64,000 nt of DNA from Vicinamibacterales bacterium (lineage in GTDB: Bacteria > Acidobacteriota > Vicinamibacteria > Vicinamibacterales > UBA2999), in contig JBFWNR010000006.1 in assembly GCA_050250955.1 (NCBI GenBank), positions 54,716 through 118,715 of the forward strand, written 5' to 3'. Shown here in pieces: positions 25,345 to 34,497 of this stretch. A model generated the notes under the pieces. The model was not told the DNA's origin. It ran no database searches and saw only the letters and a list, made by a program, of their open reading frames with translations. How positions within the stretch are numbered: the first letter of the stretch is position 1; each line of letters opens with the position of its first letter. The translations under genes were made by a program, and so were the position numbers.

Positions 25345-28300
25345 ATGAGAACGCGGTTGAGAACCGACGAATCGGGCATGGCCATCATCACCTCGCTGCT
25401 GGTGTTGATGCTGGCCAGCGGGTTGATGGCCGGGATGTACGCGGCGCTGCTGGCCGACCAGAAGTCGCACGCCACCGACCGCGATCAGAGCATGGCCTAC
25501 GCGGCGGCCCACGCCGGGCTGGAGAAGCTGACCTCGAACCTCGGCGCGCTGTTCGACACCGACTTCAGCCCGTCGGCGGCCGACATCGGCCTGATCGACA
25601 ACTTCCCGCCGACCATCCCGAACTTCCAGTTCGTGTCGCCGGGCGGCGGCACCGGCTCGGGCTACCAGATCACGTTCCCGGTCGATCCCGGACCAGGCCC
25701 GAACACCGGCAACCCGCAGGCCACCGTCGGCACCATCACCACCGGCAACTGGGAGGGGCTGCAGGGCCTGATCACGCCCTACGTCATCACGGTGACGGCA
25801 CGCTCGACGACCGGCAACTCGGAGGTGCGGCTGCGCCGCGAACTGCAGACCGTGGCGGTGCCGGTGTTCCAGTTCGGCATCTTCGGCCAGACCGACCTCG
25901 GCTTCCACGCCGGCCCGAGCTTCAACTTCGGCGGCCGCGTCCACACCAACGGCAGCCTGTTCCTGGCCCAGGGCAACGGCAACACCCTGACCCTGGCCGA
26001 CAAGGTCACCGCCTGGGTGCAGGTGGTGCGCAACCGGATCATGAACGGCGCCGACATCACCACCACCAACCACACCGGCACGGTGCGGGTGCCGACGGTG
26101 ATCGGCTCGACCTACCGCAACCTCGGCTCGGGCGAGAGCAGCGGCACGGTCAACACGCCGTGCGTCGGCTCGGCGACCACCGACAGCAACTGCTGGACCG
26201 GCTGGAAGAACCTGTCGGAGGTGACCTACGCCACCAACATCCGCACCCGCGCCACCGGCGCGCGCCAGCTGCAGCTGCCGATCGCCCAGGCCGGCGCCCA
26301 GCCGATCGACCTCATCCGCCGTCCGGCGGTGCTCTCGGCCGAAGACACCACCAACCCGGTGGTCTACGGCCAGCGCTACTTCTCGCAGGCCAGCCTGCGC
26401 ATCCTGCTCTCGGACCGCGCCACCGACATCACCGGGTTGCCGACCGTGTCGGCGACCCCGCCGGTGGATCTGGCGACCTTCCGCAACATGGCGCTCGGCT
26501 ACGTGCCGTCGGCGGGCAACTTCCCGACCGCGCTGTCGCAAGGCGAGCTGACGACCAACGGCGGCTTCGCCGGGCTGCCGACGCGCTACACGCGGGTGTC
26601 GGCGATCGGCGGCTCGACGCTGACCATGCAGTGGTCCACGACCGGCACCGGCGGCTGGACCAACGGCGTCCCCGACTGGTTGAAGTGGACCGAGATCCGC
26701 ATCGGCGCCGGCGCCTGGGCCGGCGGCGGCACGGTGGTCACCTGCCTGGGCATGAACGGCACGCAGCTGCTCGGCTGCGGCGCCCATCCGTCGTTCGCCA
26801 TCAACACCGAGATCCGCATCTCGCGGCCCGACGAGTGGCCGCTGAACGTCCGGGTCAGCACCGCGGCAGCCGCCAACAGCACCACCATCGGCATGAACGG
26901 CATGCCGAACAACAGCCTGGTCAACCAGTTCAACGCCACCAAGACCTTCTTCGTGGCCGAGAACCCGGTGACCTGCACGGCGTTCGACGCCGCCGGCAAC
27001 AACCTGCTCAACTGCGGCTGGGGCGGCGGCAGCATCTCGGCCAACGACCCGGCCTATCTCGGCCCGACCGTCAACCACGACACGCCCTACCTGCACGGCT
27101 TCCTCAAGATCGAGATGCAGAACAACGCCGGGGCGTGGAGCGACGTGACGACCGAACTCCTCAACCTCGGCTTCACCGGGCCGAACCAGGACGGCCAGCC
27201 CTGCGCCGACCCGGCCCCCAACGCGGTCATCCGGCTGCAGCGGCTGCGCGACAACGGCCTGCTCACCGCCTGCACGCTGGCCGCCAACGACTACAGCGGC
27301 CTGTTCAGCAACCCGCACGACCTGTGGCCGAACACCATCTTCGACGCCCGCGAAGGCAGCACGCGGCTGCTCGGCACCGGTGACGGCCCGCACACCGGCG
27401 GCATCTTCAGCTACGTGGCGCTCGACGTGAACAACTACCGGCGCTGGCTGAACGGCGAGATCGGGGCCACCGGCACCCAGTCGCTGAACAACAACGGCTT
27501 CATCGTCTACTTCTCCGACCGGCGCGGCAACCACGACACCACCCTGGTCAACAACCCCGAGACCGGCGAGTACGGCTTCGAGGACTCGCTGAACCCGACC
27601 GCGGCGGCGTGGAACCGCGACCTCATCCTGAACGACGGCGAGGACGTCAACCAGAACGGCACCCTCGAGCGCTACGGCGAGCTGCCGACGAGCAACGGCG
27701 TGATTCCCAACTACATCGGCGCCGGCGCCGTGGCCCCGTTCGACAGCTCGGCGTTGTCGAGCCCGTGGTCGCAGCTCGCCTTGAACCAGGCCGGACGCGG
27801 CCGCCTCGCCCGGGTCACCTTGTTCCGCCGCGCCCTCAAGATCATCAACGGCGGCATGGTCGGCGCCACCAACAACATTCCGGCCGCCGGCTTCACGGTG
27901 GCCTCGGAGAACCCGGTGTTCGTCCACGGCAACTTCAACGCCACGACCACCAGCGTCACTGCCGAGCCCAACGTCGCGACCTCGATCGTCGCCGACGCCA
28001 TCACGCTGCTGTCGAACAGCTTCGTGGACGGCTCGACGTTCCGCTGGCCCAACAACCAGACCAACCGCAACGCGACGCAGACCAGCTACCGCTTCGCGAT
28101 GATCACCGGCAAGGCGTTGCCGTTCCAGCACCCGGGCTGGGGCGTCACCGAATGGGGCTCGGACGGCGGGGTCCACAACTTCATGCGGATGATCGAGGAC
28201 TGGGGCGGGCAGTCGCTCGGCTACCGCGGCTCGATGGTCAGCCTGTTCTTCAGCCGCCAGGCGACCGGGCCCTATCGCGCCGACGCCAACGTCTATTCGC

Positions 28301-28425
28301 CGCCGTCGCGTGGCTACAACTTCGACACCGACTTCCTCACCCCGGCGCTGCTGCCGCCCGGCACGCCGGCGTTCCGCGACATCAACACGCTGAAGTTCCG
28401 GCAGATCCTGCGGCCGAACCAATAG
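25345..28425 (+). CDS. giant PilX/GspK-position pilus-tip protein (1026 aa)
   Basis: ATG at 25345. The N-terminal hydrophobic helix ESGMAIITSLLVLMLASGLMAGMY lacks Glu5 (PilX_N-like). The rest is Thr/Asn/Gly-rich. It is fourth in the H-I-J-K gene order. Confidence 0.75.
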   Translation: MRTRLRTDESGMAIITSLLVLMLASGLMAGMYAALLADQKSHATDRDQSMAYAAAHAGLEKLTSNLGALFDTDFSPSAADIGLIDNFPPTIPNFQFVSPGGGTGSGYQITFPVDPGPGPNTGNPQATVGTITTGNWEGLQGLITPYVITVTARSTTGNSEVRLRRELQTVAVPVFQFGIFGQTDLGFHAGPSFNFGGRVHTNGSLFLAQGNGNTLTLADKVTAWVQVVRNRIMNGADITTTNHTGTVRVPTVIGSTYRNLGSGESSGTVNTPCVGSATTDSNCWTGWKNLSEVTYATNIRTRATGARQLQLPIAQAGAQPIDLIRRPAVLSAEDTTNPVVYGQRYFSQASLRILLSDRATDITGLPTVSATPPVDLATFRNMALGYVPSAGNFPTALSQGELTTNGGFAGLPTRYTRVSAIGGSTLTMQWSTTGTGGWTNGVPDWLKWTEIRIGAGAWAGGGTVVTCLGMNGTQLLGCGAHPSFAINTEIRISRPDEWPLNVRVSTAAAANSTTIGMNGMPNNSLVNQFNATKTFFVAENPVTCTAFDAAGNNLLNCGWGGGSISANDPAYLGPTVNHDTPYLHGFLKIEMQNNAGAWSDVTTELLNLGFTGPNQDGQPCADPAPNAVIRLQRLRDNGLLTACTLAANDYSGLFSNPHDLWPNTIFDAREGSTRLLGTGDGPHTGGIFSYVALDVNNYRRWLNGEIGATGTQSLNNNGFIVYFSDRRGNHDTTLVNNPETGEYGFEDSLNPTAAAWNRDLILNDGEDVNQNGTLERYGELPTSNGVIPNYIGAGAVAPFDSSALSSPWSQLALNQAGRGRLARVTLFRRALKIINGGMVGATNNIPAAGFTVASENPVFVHGNFNATTTSVTAEPNVATSIVADAITLLSNSFVDGSTFRWPNNQTNRNATQTSYRFAMITGKALPFQHPGWGVTEWGSDGGVHNFMRMIEDWGGQSLGYRGSMVSLFFSRQATGPYRADANVYSPPSRGYNFDTDFLTPALLPPGTPAFRDINTLKFRQILRPNQ

Positions 28426-28622
28426 GCGGCGCCGGGCTGACCTGACGGTCTGCCCTGCGGGCTGAGTCGACGGGCCGGACGCCGCCACGCGGCGCCCGGC
28501 CCGCACCTCGTACCGCGTCTCGTCACCGGAACTTTCCGTCTGGTTTCGTTGACTTTCGCCTTTCGTTCGGTTTAGCCTGACCGGCGCGCTCTCCTGAATT
28601 CACTTGCCGCCTGGAGGCACCC

Positions 28623-29138
28623 ATGACACCCGAGCAAGCCACCTTCCTCGTGCAGCAGTACACCCAGTTGATGCAGGGCGAGTTCCCGGCCACCTGCAAA
28701 GTGCTGGCGGCGGTCAAGGACGACAGCCGCGACTACAAGCCGGATGCGAAGTCGCGGTCGGCCTGGGAACTGGCCACCCACCTGGCCACCGCCGACGTGT
28801 GGTTCCTCGACAGCGTGCTGAACGGCAAGTTCGAGTGGGACCCGGAGAAGGTCAAGCAGGTCGAAGGGCAGTTCAAGACCGTCGCCGAGGTGGTGGCCTT
28901 CTACGAGAAGACCTTCCCGGAGAAGCTGAAGGCGCTGCAGGCCAAGTCGCCGGCCGAGATGGCCACGCCGATTTCGTTCTTCGGGATGATGGAGATGCCC
29001 GCCGCCGCGTTCCTGGGCATGGCCAACAACCACGGCATCCACCACCGCGGCCAGCTCGCCGCCTACCTGCGCGCCATGGGCTCCAAGGTGCCGGCGATCT
29101 ACGGCGGCAGCGCCGACGAGCCGATGCAGGGGATGTGA
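28623..29138 (+). CDS. DinB-family (four-helix-bundle metal-binding) protein
   Basis: A GGAGG RBS is present. The patterns are W...HL.....W and NHGIHHRGQL..YLR, typical of DinB/YfiT-like proteins. Confidence 0.8.
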   Translation: MTPEQATFLVQQYTQLMQGEFPATCKVLAAVKDDSRDYKPDAKSRSAWELATHLATADVWFLDSVLNGKFEWDPEKVKQVEGQFKTVAEVVAFYEKTFPEKLKALQAKSPAEMATPISFFGMMEMPAAAFLGMANNHGIHHRGQLAAYLRAMGSKVPAIYGGSADEPMQGM

Positions 29139-29177
29139 ACGGCGCCGGTCCGCAGGCGTCGTGATACCGTCGCGCGC

Positions 29178-29996
29178 ATGTCGCTCACCACGGCATGCGC
29201 GCGCGCCGTTCACGACGCGCCGCTCCGCCCGCTGCCCGGCGGGCATGGCGGCGGCTACCGGCTGATCGGTCGCGGACCGCGCCTGCTCGTCGTTCTGCCC
29301 GGCATCGTCGGCCCGGCCGACGCCCTCGCTGCGCTCGGCGAGGCGCTGGCCGACGACTATCAGACCTGTCTGGTGCACTATCCGGCCGCGCCGTCGCTCG
29401 ACGCGTTGCTGGCGGCCCTGGACGCCGTACGCCGCGAGCACGGGGTCGGCCCGGCGGCAGTGTGCGGCGGCTCGTTCGGGGCGCTGGTGGCGCAAGCCTG
29501 GCTGGCCCGCGATCCGGCCGCCCTCTCGGACCTGGTGATCTCGGGCGCCGGACCACCCGACCCGGCGCGAGCCGCCCGCAACGCGCGCCTGCTGCCGTGG
29601 ATGGCCCGGCTGCCCATACCCCTATGGCGCCTGCTGCTGCGCGGCGCCGTCCGCGGCGCCACCACCCGGACGCCGGAGCGGGCCTCCTGGCGCCGCTTCT
29701 ACGGCGAGGCGATCGCCGGGCTCACCTGGGCCGACCTCGAGTCGCGCTATCACATCGCCATCGGCGTCGATCGCGGCGGCCCGCCGTCGGCGGCGGCGCT
29801 GGCGGCCTGGCGCGGGCGGCTGCTGGTCATCGAGGGCGGCCGCGACGGCGTGGCCGGCGATCGCGTCCGCGCCGCGCTGGCCGAGGTCTATCCGGCGGCG
29901 CGCTTCCACCGCATCGACGACGCCGGACACGGACTGGCGCTCGATCAGCCCGAGGCGTGGCTGCGGGTCACCACCGCGTTTCTCCGCAGCCGGTGA
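29178..29996 (+). CDS. alpha/beta-fold hydrolase
   Basis: The nucleophile elbow is GGSFGA. The C-terminal His motif is DDAGHGL.LDQPE. Confidence 0.8.
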   Translation: MSLTTACARAVHDAPLRPLPGGHGGGYRLIGRGPRLLVVLPGIVGPADALAALGEALADDYQTCLVHYPAAPSLDALLAALDAVRREHGVGPAAVCGGSFGALVAQAWLARDPAALSDLVISGAGPPDPARAARNARLLPWMARLPIPLWRLLLRGAVRGATTRTPERASWRRFYGEAIAGLTWADLESRYHIAIGVDRGGPPSAAALAAWRGRLLVIEGGRDGVAGDRVRAALAEVYPAARFHRIDDAGHGLALDQPEAWLRVTTAFLRSR

Positions 29997-30021
29997 CGGT
30001 CCGCAGGGCAGCGCTTCGCAG

Positions 30022-30143
30022 GGCAGCGCTTCAGCCCTGCCGGTGAGGCAACCTTCGAGAGCTGCGCGACGGCTGTCGATGGACGGCAGCTCTGAAGAGC
30101 TGCCCTAGGTACCTGCCAACGGACCGCAGCTCCAGAGAGCTGC
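30022..30143. repeat. cluster of REP-like hairpins
   Basis: The hairpins are GGCAGCGCTTCAGCCCTGCC (30022-30041), GGCAGCTCTGAAGAGCTGCC (30085-30104) and GCAGCTCCAGAGAGCTGC (30126-30143). GGGCAGCGCTTC is duplicated at 30006 and 30021. Confidence 0.8.
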
Positions 30144-30199
30144 CCGACGCACCGCGCGCTGCCCTTACGCTACCGATGCGGCGCTTCTACGGGGCCGCC

Positions 30200-31048
30200 C
30201 TACGGTGTGCGGACGCAGCGGAAGCCGACGGTCGGCTGCGCGGTGTCCGGCGCGGTGAAGTTGCGGTAGTACACCGTCAGCAGGCGCGTCTCGCTGTCGG
30301 CCCAGCTGCCGCCGCGGATGACGCGGTAGCGTCCGTCGGCCGGTCCGGCCGGTGCGGCCACCGGGCTGCGGCTGTAATAGTGCAAGTCGTACCAGTCGGC
30401 GGTCCACTCCCACACGTTACCCGACACGTCGTGCAGGCCGTACTGATTGGGCGGGAAACTGCCCACGGCGATCGGCCCGGTGCTCGAGCCGCTGTGGGCG
30501 CGCCGGCCGCTGCCGGGTCCGCCGCTGCCGGGTTGGCCGTTGCCGGTGGTGAAGAACTCGTTGCCCCACGGGTAGTCGAGGTCGGCGACACCGCCGCGGG
30601 CGGCGCGTTCCCATTCGGCTTCGGTCGGCAGCCGCCCGCCCGCCGCGGCGCAGTACTTCGCCGCGTCGAACCACGTGACGTTGTAGACGGGATGTCGCGC
30701 CTTGCCCTGGGGCGGCGTCGGTCCGCCCCAGTGGTACGGCGGCTCGACGCCGGCGCCCGGGCTGGCCACGAAGGCCGCGTAGTCGGCGTTGGTGACCTCA
30801 TGGACGCCGATCGCGAACGCTGGCAGCGTCACCCGGTGCACCGGCCGGTCGTCGGCGCGCTCGCGCAGCTGCCAGCCGATCTCGTCCATCAGGTACAGAC
30901 GGGTCCGCCCCATCCAGAACTCGCCGGCCGGGATCGTCACCCACGGCGTGTCAGAACTTGCATCAGTTCTGGCCAGGCCTTGAAAGGGGTCTGACCCCTC
31001 GAGGGTCGCGCCCAGCAGGAGCGCCAGCAGGGCCACGCGACGGGTCAT
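30200..31048 (-). CDS. formylglycine-generating-enzyme-like (FGE-sulfatase/SUMF1 fold) protein, exported
   Basis: The patterns are IPAGEFWMG...HRVTLPAFAIGVHEVTNADYAAF...PVYNVTWFDAAKYCAAAGGRLPTEAEWERAARGG...GNVWEWTADWY...VIRGGSW. Confidence 0.85.
   Translation of the reverse strand: MTRRVALLALLLGATLEGSDPFQGLARTDASSDTPWVTIPAGEFWMGRTRLYLMDEIGWQLRERADDRPVHRVTLPAFAIGVHEVTNADYAAFVASPGAGVEPPYHWGGPTPPQGKARHPVYNVTWFDAAKYCAAAGGRLPTEAEWERAARGGVADLDYPWGNEFFTTGNGQPGSGGPGSGRRAHSGSSTGPIAVGSFPPNQYGLHDVSGNVWEWTADWYDLHYYSRSPVAAPAGPADGRYRVIRGGSWADSETRLLTVYYRNFTAPDTAQPTVGFRCVRTP
30948..30999. repeat. ~50-nt GGGGTCTGACCCC element (copy B, inside the FGE-like CDS)
   Basis: GTGTCAGAACTTGCATCAGTTCTGGCCAGGCCTTGAAAGGGGTCTGACCCCT. 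On the minus strand it is translated as ...LEGSDPFQGLARTDASSDTP..., between the signal peptide and the catalytic domain. Confidence 0.7.
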
Positions 31049-31061
31049 CGGTCGCGTGGCG

Positions 31062-32465
31062 TCAGGCGAAGAGCCCGGCGATCTCGTCGCTCTCCATCAT
31101 CGCGGCGCCGCCCAGACTCACCGTGTCGACGTAGTGATAGCCGCGGCCCGACGGCGTGTTGGCGATCACCTTGGTCCAGTCGATGCCGAGCGCCGAGTAG
31201 ATGGTGGCGACGGTATTGTCCATGAACGGCTGCGACTTGTGCCGCCAGCCCGGGTCGGTGCAGACGCTGCCGTCGGCGTCGGTGGCGCCCAGCACCCGGC
31301 CGCCGACCACGCCGCCGCCGACGTAGAGGCCGGCGTAGGCGCCCTTGTAGTGATCGCGCCCGGCGACCGGGTTCATCCCCGGCGTGCGCCCGAACTCGCT
31401 CTGCGCGACGATGATCGTCTCGTCGAGCAGGGTCTTGCCCGGGGCCTGCCCGGGCAACGCCGCCAGATCGTCGATGAGGCTGACCAGTCCCTTGTCGAGC
31501 CGCGTGCAGGTCCGGTAATGGTTCCACTCGGCCGCGCGGTCGAAGATGCCGGCGTGGTGATCCCAGCGGTCGCCGTCGTAGACGTAGACCATGCGCGTGC
31601 CGGCGTTCTGCTGCAGCAGGTTCCTGGCCAGGATGCAGCCGAGGCCGAACTCGTCGTCGCCGTAGCGCTGCGTGTCGGCGTCGCTGGCGGTGAACACCTG
31701 CGGCCAGCGCGGGTCCTGCAGCAGCTTGTAGGCGTCGTCGTAGAAGGTCTGGTAGTCGGCGGCCCGCTGGCCCATCGCCTGGCGCTGGCCCTCGTTGATC
31801 TTCGCCAGCTCGGTCAGCAGCCGCCAGCGCTCGCTCAGCACCTGGTTGGCGCCGCTCATGTCGCCGCCGAACGCCGCGAACACCGTGCTCGGATCGAGAT
31901 CGAGCCCGGTGGCCCACGTCGGCAGGAAGCCCGAGCCGATCGACCCGGCGCGCGCCTTGGTGAGGTTGGTGCTGACGTAGGTGGGGAAGGCGTCGCTCTC
32001 GCGGCGCTTCGGCCCCAGTTCGTAGCTGATGACCGACCCGAAGGCCGGGATCTCGCGGGCGACGGCCGGGTTCAGCGACCGTCCGGTCTGGGTGTGGTAC
32101 TGGCCGTTGAAGTGGATGAGCTCGGGGGCCTGCAGCGAGCGCACCAGCGCCACCCGATCCATGCGCTCGATGAGCTGGGGAAACAGCGTCCGCGACAGGT
32201 AGAGACCCTTCTTCACCTCGGTGACGTCGAGGTCCTTGGGCGTCCAGCGCGTCTCCTTGAAGTCCCAGCAGTCCATCGGGCTGATGGCGCCGCCCAGCTC
32301 GATGAAGATGCAGTTGCGGGCGGTGCCGCGCGGCGTCGCCGAGCCCTGGGCGCGGACGTCGAGCGGCCACACCAGGCCGTCGACCCAGGCGCTGGCCAGC
32401 GCCACGCCGCCCCACTTCAGCGCCTCGCGGCGCGTCGGCAGCACGTCGGTCAGTCGTCGTTCCAT
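31062..32465 (-). CDS. DUF1501 (sulfatase-fold) protein, Tat-exported
   Basis: A Tat-like N-terminus (TRREALKWGGVALAS) is present. The overall pattern is DUF1501 (...WD.H....F...). Confidence 0.85.
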   Translation of the reverse strand: MERRLTDVLPTRREALKWGGVALASAWVDGLVWPLDVRAQGSATPRGTARNCIFIELGGAISPMDCWDFKETRWTPKDLDVTEVKKGLYLSRTLFPQLIERMDRVALVRSLQAPELIHFNGQYHTQTGRSLNPAVAREIPAFGSVISYELGPKRRESDAFPTYVSTNLTKARAGSIGSGFLPTWATGLDLDPSTVFAAFGGDMSGANQVLSERWRLLTELAKINEGQRQAMGQRAADYQTFYDDAYKLLQDPRWPQVFTASDADTQRYGDDEFGLGCILARNLLQQNAGTRMVYVYDGDRWDHHAGIFDRAAEWNHYRTCTRLDKGLVSLIDDLAALPGQAPGKTLLDETIIVAQSEFGRTPGMNPVAGRDHYKGAYAGLYVGGGVVGGRVLGATDADGSVCTDPGWRHKSQPFMDNTVATIYSALGIDWTKVIANTPSGRGYHYVDTVSLGGAAMMESDEIAGLFA

Positions 32466-32481
32466 CGTCGTCTCCCGCGGC

Positions 32482-34356
32482 TCAGCGACTGACCAGGAAC
32501 TCGGGGCTGTTCAAGAGCGCCCACAGCAGGTCTTCGGTGCCGCGGCCGCGGTCGGCGGCCAGCGCCGCCAGCGCCACCGCGCGTTCCTCGCTCGACGGCG
32601 TCCGGGCCATCGCGCTCACATACAGCTCGTCGACGATCTCGGCATCGGTCCGCGGCGACGCCACCAGGTCGGCGACCCGGCCCTGCGCCGAGGCCAGCAC
32701 GCGGTCGTTGACGACGGTGGACTTCATCATCAGCAGCGCCTGCAGCGTCGACGGCCGGTTGCCGGCCTGCGGCGGCGTGCGCCGGTTGCTCTGGAAGAAG
32801 CTCTGCATCAGGGCGTCGACCGCCATCGCCTCGCCGCCGCGGCCGATGTCCTGCGGCGTGGCCAGCTGCTTGACCCGCGTCATCCGCTCGCCGCCGAGCG
32901 TGAACTGCATCGGCACGCCGGTGACGACCGAGACGGCGTCGATCACCTCGGGACCGGTGAGGACGCGCGCGTAGTGGCGCGGATAGTAGGGCAGGTAGTC
33001 GTCCTTCCACTCGCCGGGGAAGCGCGACGACAACTGGTAGGCGCTCGATTGGAGAATGGTCCGGATCGTCCGCTTGAGGCGGAAGCCGTTGGCGGCGAAG
33101 TCCCCGGCCAGCGCCTCGAGCAGCTCCGGGTGCGACGGCTGGGCGTTCCGGCCGGTGAGCTTGTTCAGGTCGAAGGCGTCGTAGGGCTCGACGAAGCCCA
33201 CCGTCATCAGCCGGCCCCACACCAGGTTCACGGTGGCGCGGGCGAACTGCGGGTGCGCGGTGATCATCCGCGCCAGCTCGGCGCGCGGCTCGGCGCCCGG
33301 CCGCGGGGTCTCGCCGGTGAGGATGAAGGCCGGCTGGTGCACGCCCTTGGGCCGCGGGAACTGGCTCTCGGCCAGGGTCAGGAACGGCGCGTCGTCGCCG
33401 GCGTCGTAGCCCTTGCCCAGGTCGTCCACGTGCAGGTCGCGGTCGACGTTGCGGCTCTTGTCGTTCCAGTGGCCGATCAGACGGGTCCTGCCGAAGAACG
33501 CCGCCATGGCGAAGAACTCGTCGCGGGTCCGGTCGGTGAGGTAGCTGTTGATGTCCTCGAGGTGCAGCGCGCCGTCGTGGCACGAGATGCACGAGGTGTT
33601 GAGGCCGAGGAACACCCGGCTGACGTCGATGGCCAGCGCGTCGACGTGATCGAGCCGGTTGGAGATCCGGTAGTCGTCCACGCTCTCGACGAAGCGGCTC
33701 TTCAGCTGGTTGCTGCGGCCGATCATCGCCAGCGACGGGATCGTGGCGTGGACCTTCGCCGACGGCGTCAGCACGTCGTGGACGAAGCGGTCGTAGGGCC
33801 GGTCGACCTTGAGCTGCTCCTTGAACCAGTAGTGAAAGGCGTTGGCGCCCGGACCGGCCTCGCTCGACATGCGCAGCAGGTCGCCCCAGTGCCAGGCCCA
33901 CTGCTCGGCGAACTCGTCGCTGGCCAGCAGCGTGTCGATCAGCCGGTCGCGCTTGTCGGGCGCGGTGTCGGCGACGAACGCGCGCACCGCGGCGGCGCCC
34001 GGCGGCAGGCCGGTGACGTCGAGGTAGACGCGGCGCACGAACTCGTCGTCGCGGCTGAGGCCGGCGTGCGGGATGCCGGCGGCCGCCAGCCGATCGAAGA
34101 TCAGCGTGTCGATGAAGTTGCGGCGCGCGACCGGCGTCGTCGGCTCCCGATCGGCGGGCGCGGCCACGGCGTTGGTCAGCCGCGCGGCGTCGCGGGCGCG
34201 ATCGGCGCCGCTCCGGCCGAGGTCCTCGTGGGCGGCTTCCAGGCGGTCGTGCTGACTCGGTGCCGGCGCTGCCGGCTGGGTCTGCGACCACAGCGTCGCG
34301 CCGTAGAGCACGACCGAGGCGGCGACGACGAGCGACGGGCGGCGGAGCCGGGGCAT
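32482..34356 (-). CDS. DUF1549/DUF1553 (PSCyt2/PSD1) domain protein
   Basis: ATG 34356 has a GGGAGG RBS. The DUF1549 pattern is FID..IF.RL...GI.....S.D.EF.RRVYLD..GLPP...V..F......DKR..LID.LL....F...WA..WGDLLR. CISCHDG and a DUF1553-like C-terminus follow. Confidence 0.85.
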   Translation of the reverse strand: MPRLRRPSLVVAASVVLYGATLWSQTQPAAPAPSQHDRLEAAHEDLGRSGADRARDAARLTNAVAAPADREPTTPVARRNFIDTLIFDRLAAAGIPHAGLSRDDEFVRRVYLDVTGLPPGAAAVRAFVADTAPDKRDRLIDTLLASDEFAEQWAWHWGDLLRMSSEAGPGANAFHYWFKEQLKVDRPYDRFVHDVLTPSAKVHATIPSLAMIGRSNQLKSRFVESVDDYRISNRLDHVDALAIDVSRVFLGLNTSCISCHDGALHLEDINSYLTDRTRDEFFAMAAFFGRTRLIGHWNDKSRNVDRDLHVDDLGKGYDAGDDAPFLTLAESQFPRPKGVHQPAFILTGETPRPGAEPRAELARMITAHPQFARATVNLVWGRLMTVGFVEPYDAFDLNKLTGRNAQPSHPELLEALAGDFAANGFRLKRTIRTILQSSAYQLSSRFPGEWKDDYLPYYPRHYARVLTGPEVIDAVSVVTGVPMQFTLGGERMTRVKQLATPQDIGRGGEAMAVDALMQSFFQSNRRTPPQAGNRPSTLQALLMMKSTVVNDRVLASAQGRVADLVASPRTDAEIVDELYVSAMARTPSSEERAVALAALAADRGRGTEDLLWALLNSPEFLVSR

Positions 34357-34444
34357 GCGCAGGCCTCCCAAGGCGCCGCAGGACTCCGCGCGGCGCATTC
34401 GGCGGCTAGTGTAACGCCGTTCGTGCACGGTTGGCGGCCCGTGA

Positions 34445-34489
34445 GGCAGAGCTTCAGCTCTGCCTGTGCGGCGGCTCTGAAGAGCCGCC
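34445..34489. repeat. pair of REP-like hairpins
   Basis: The pair is GGCAGAGCTTCAGCTCTGCC (34445-34464) and GGCGGCTCTGAAGAGCCGCC (34470-34489). Both have perfect 8-bp stems, with loops TTCA and TGAA. Confidence 0.85.
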
Positions 34490-34497
34490 CTCCAGCC

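Noticed and set aside
25306-28506. A 1066-aa ORF antisense to the giant PilX-position gene. Similar antisense or off-frame ORFs occur at 1641-3473, 10207-11352, 12796-15132, 21491-23671, 43074-45266, 45395-48307, 52494-54146 and 54929-56935.
   Set aside because: All overlap better-supported genes, have low-complexity Arg/Gly/His-rich translations and lack motifs. The ORF at 52494-54146 even begins inside the heptad repeat.
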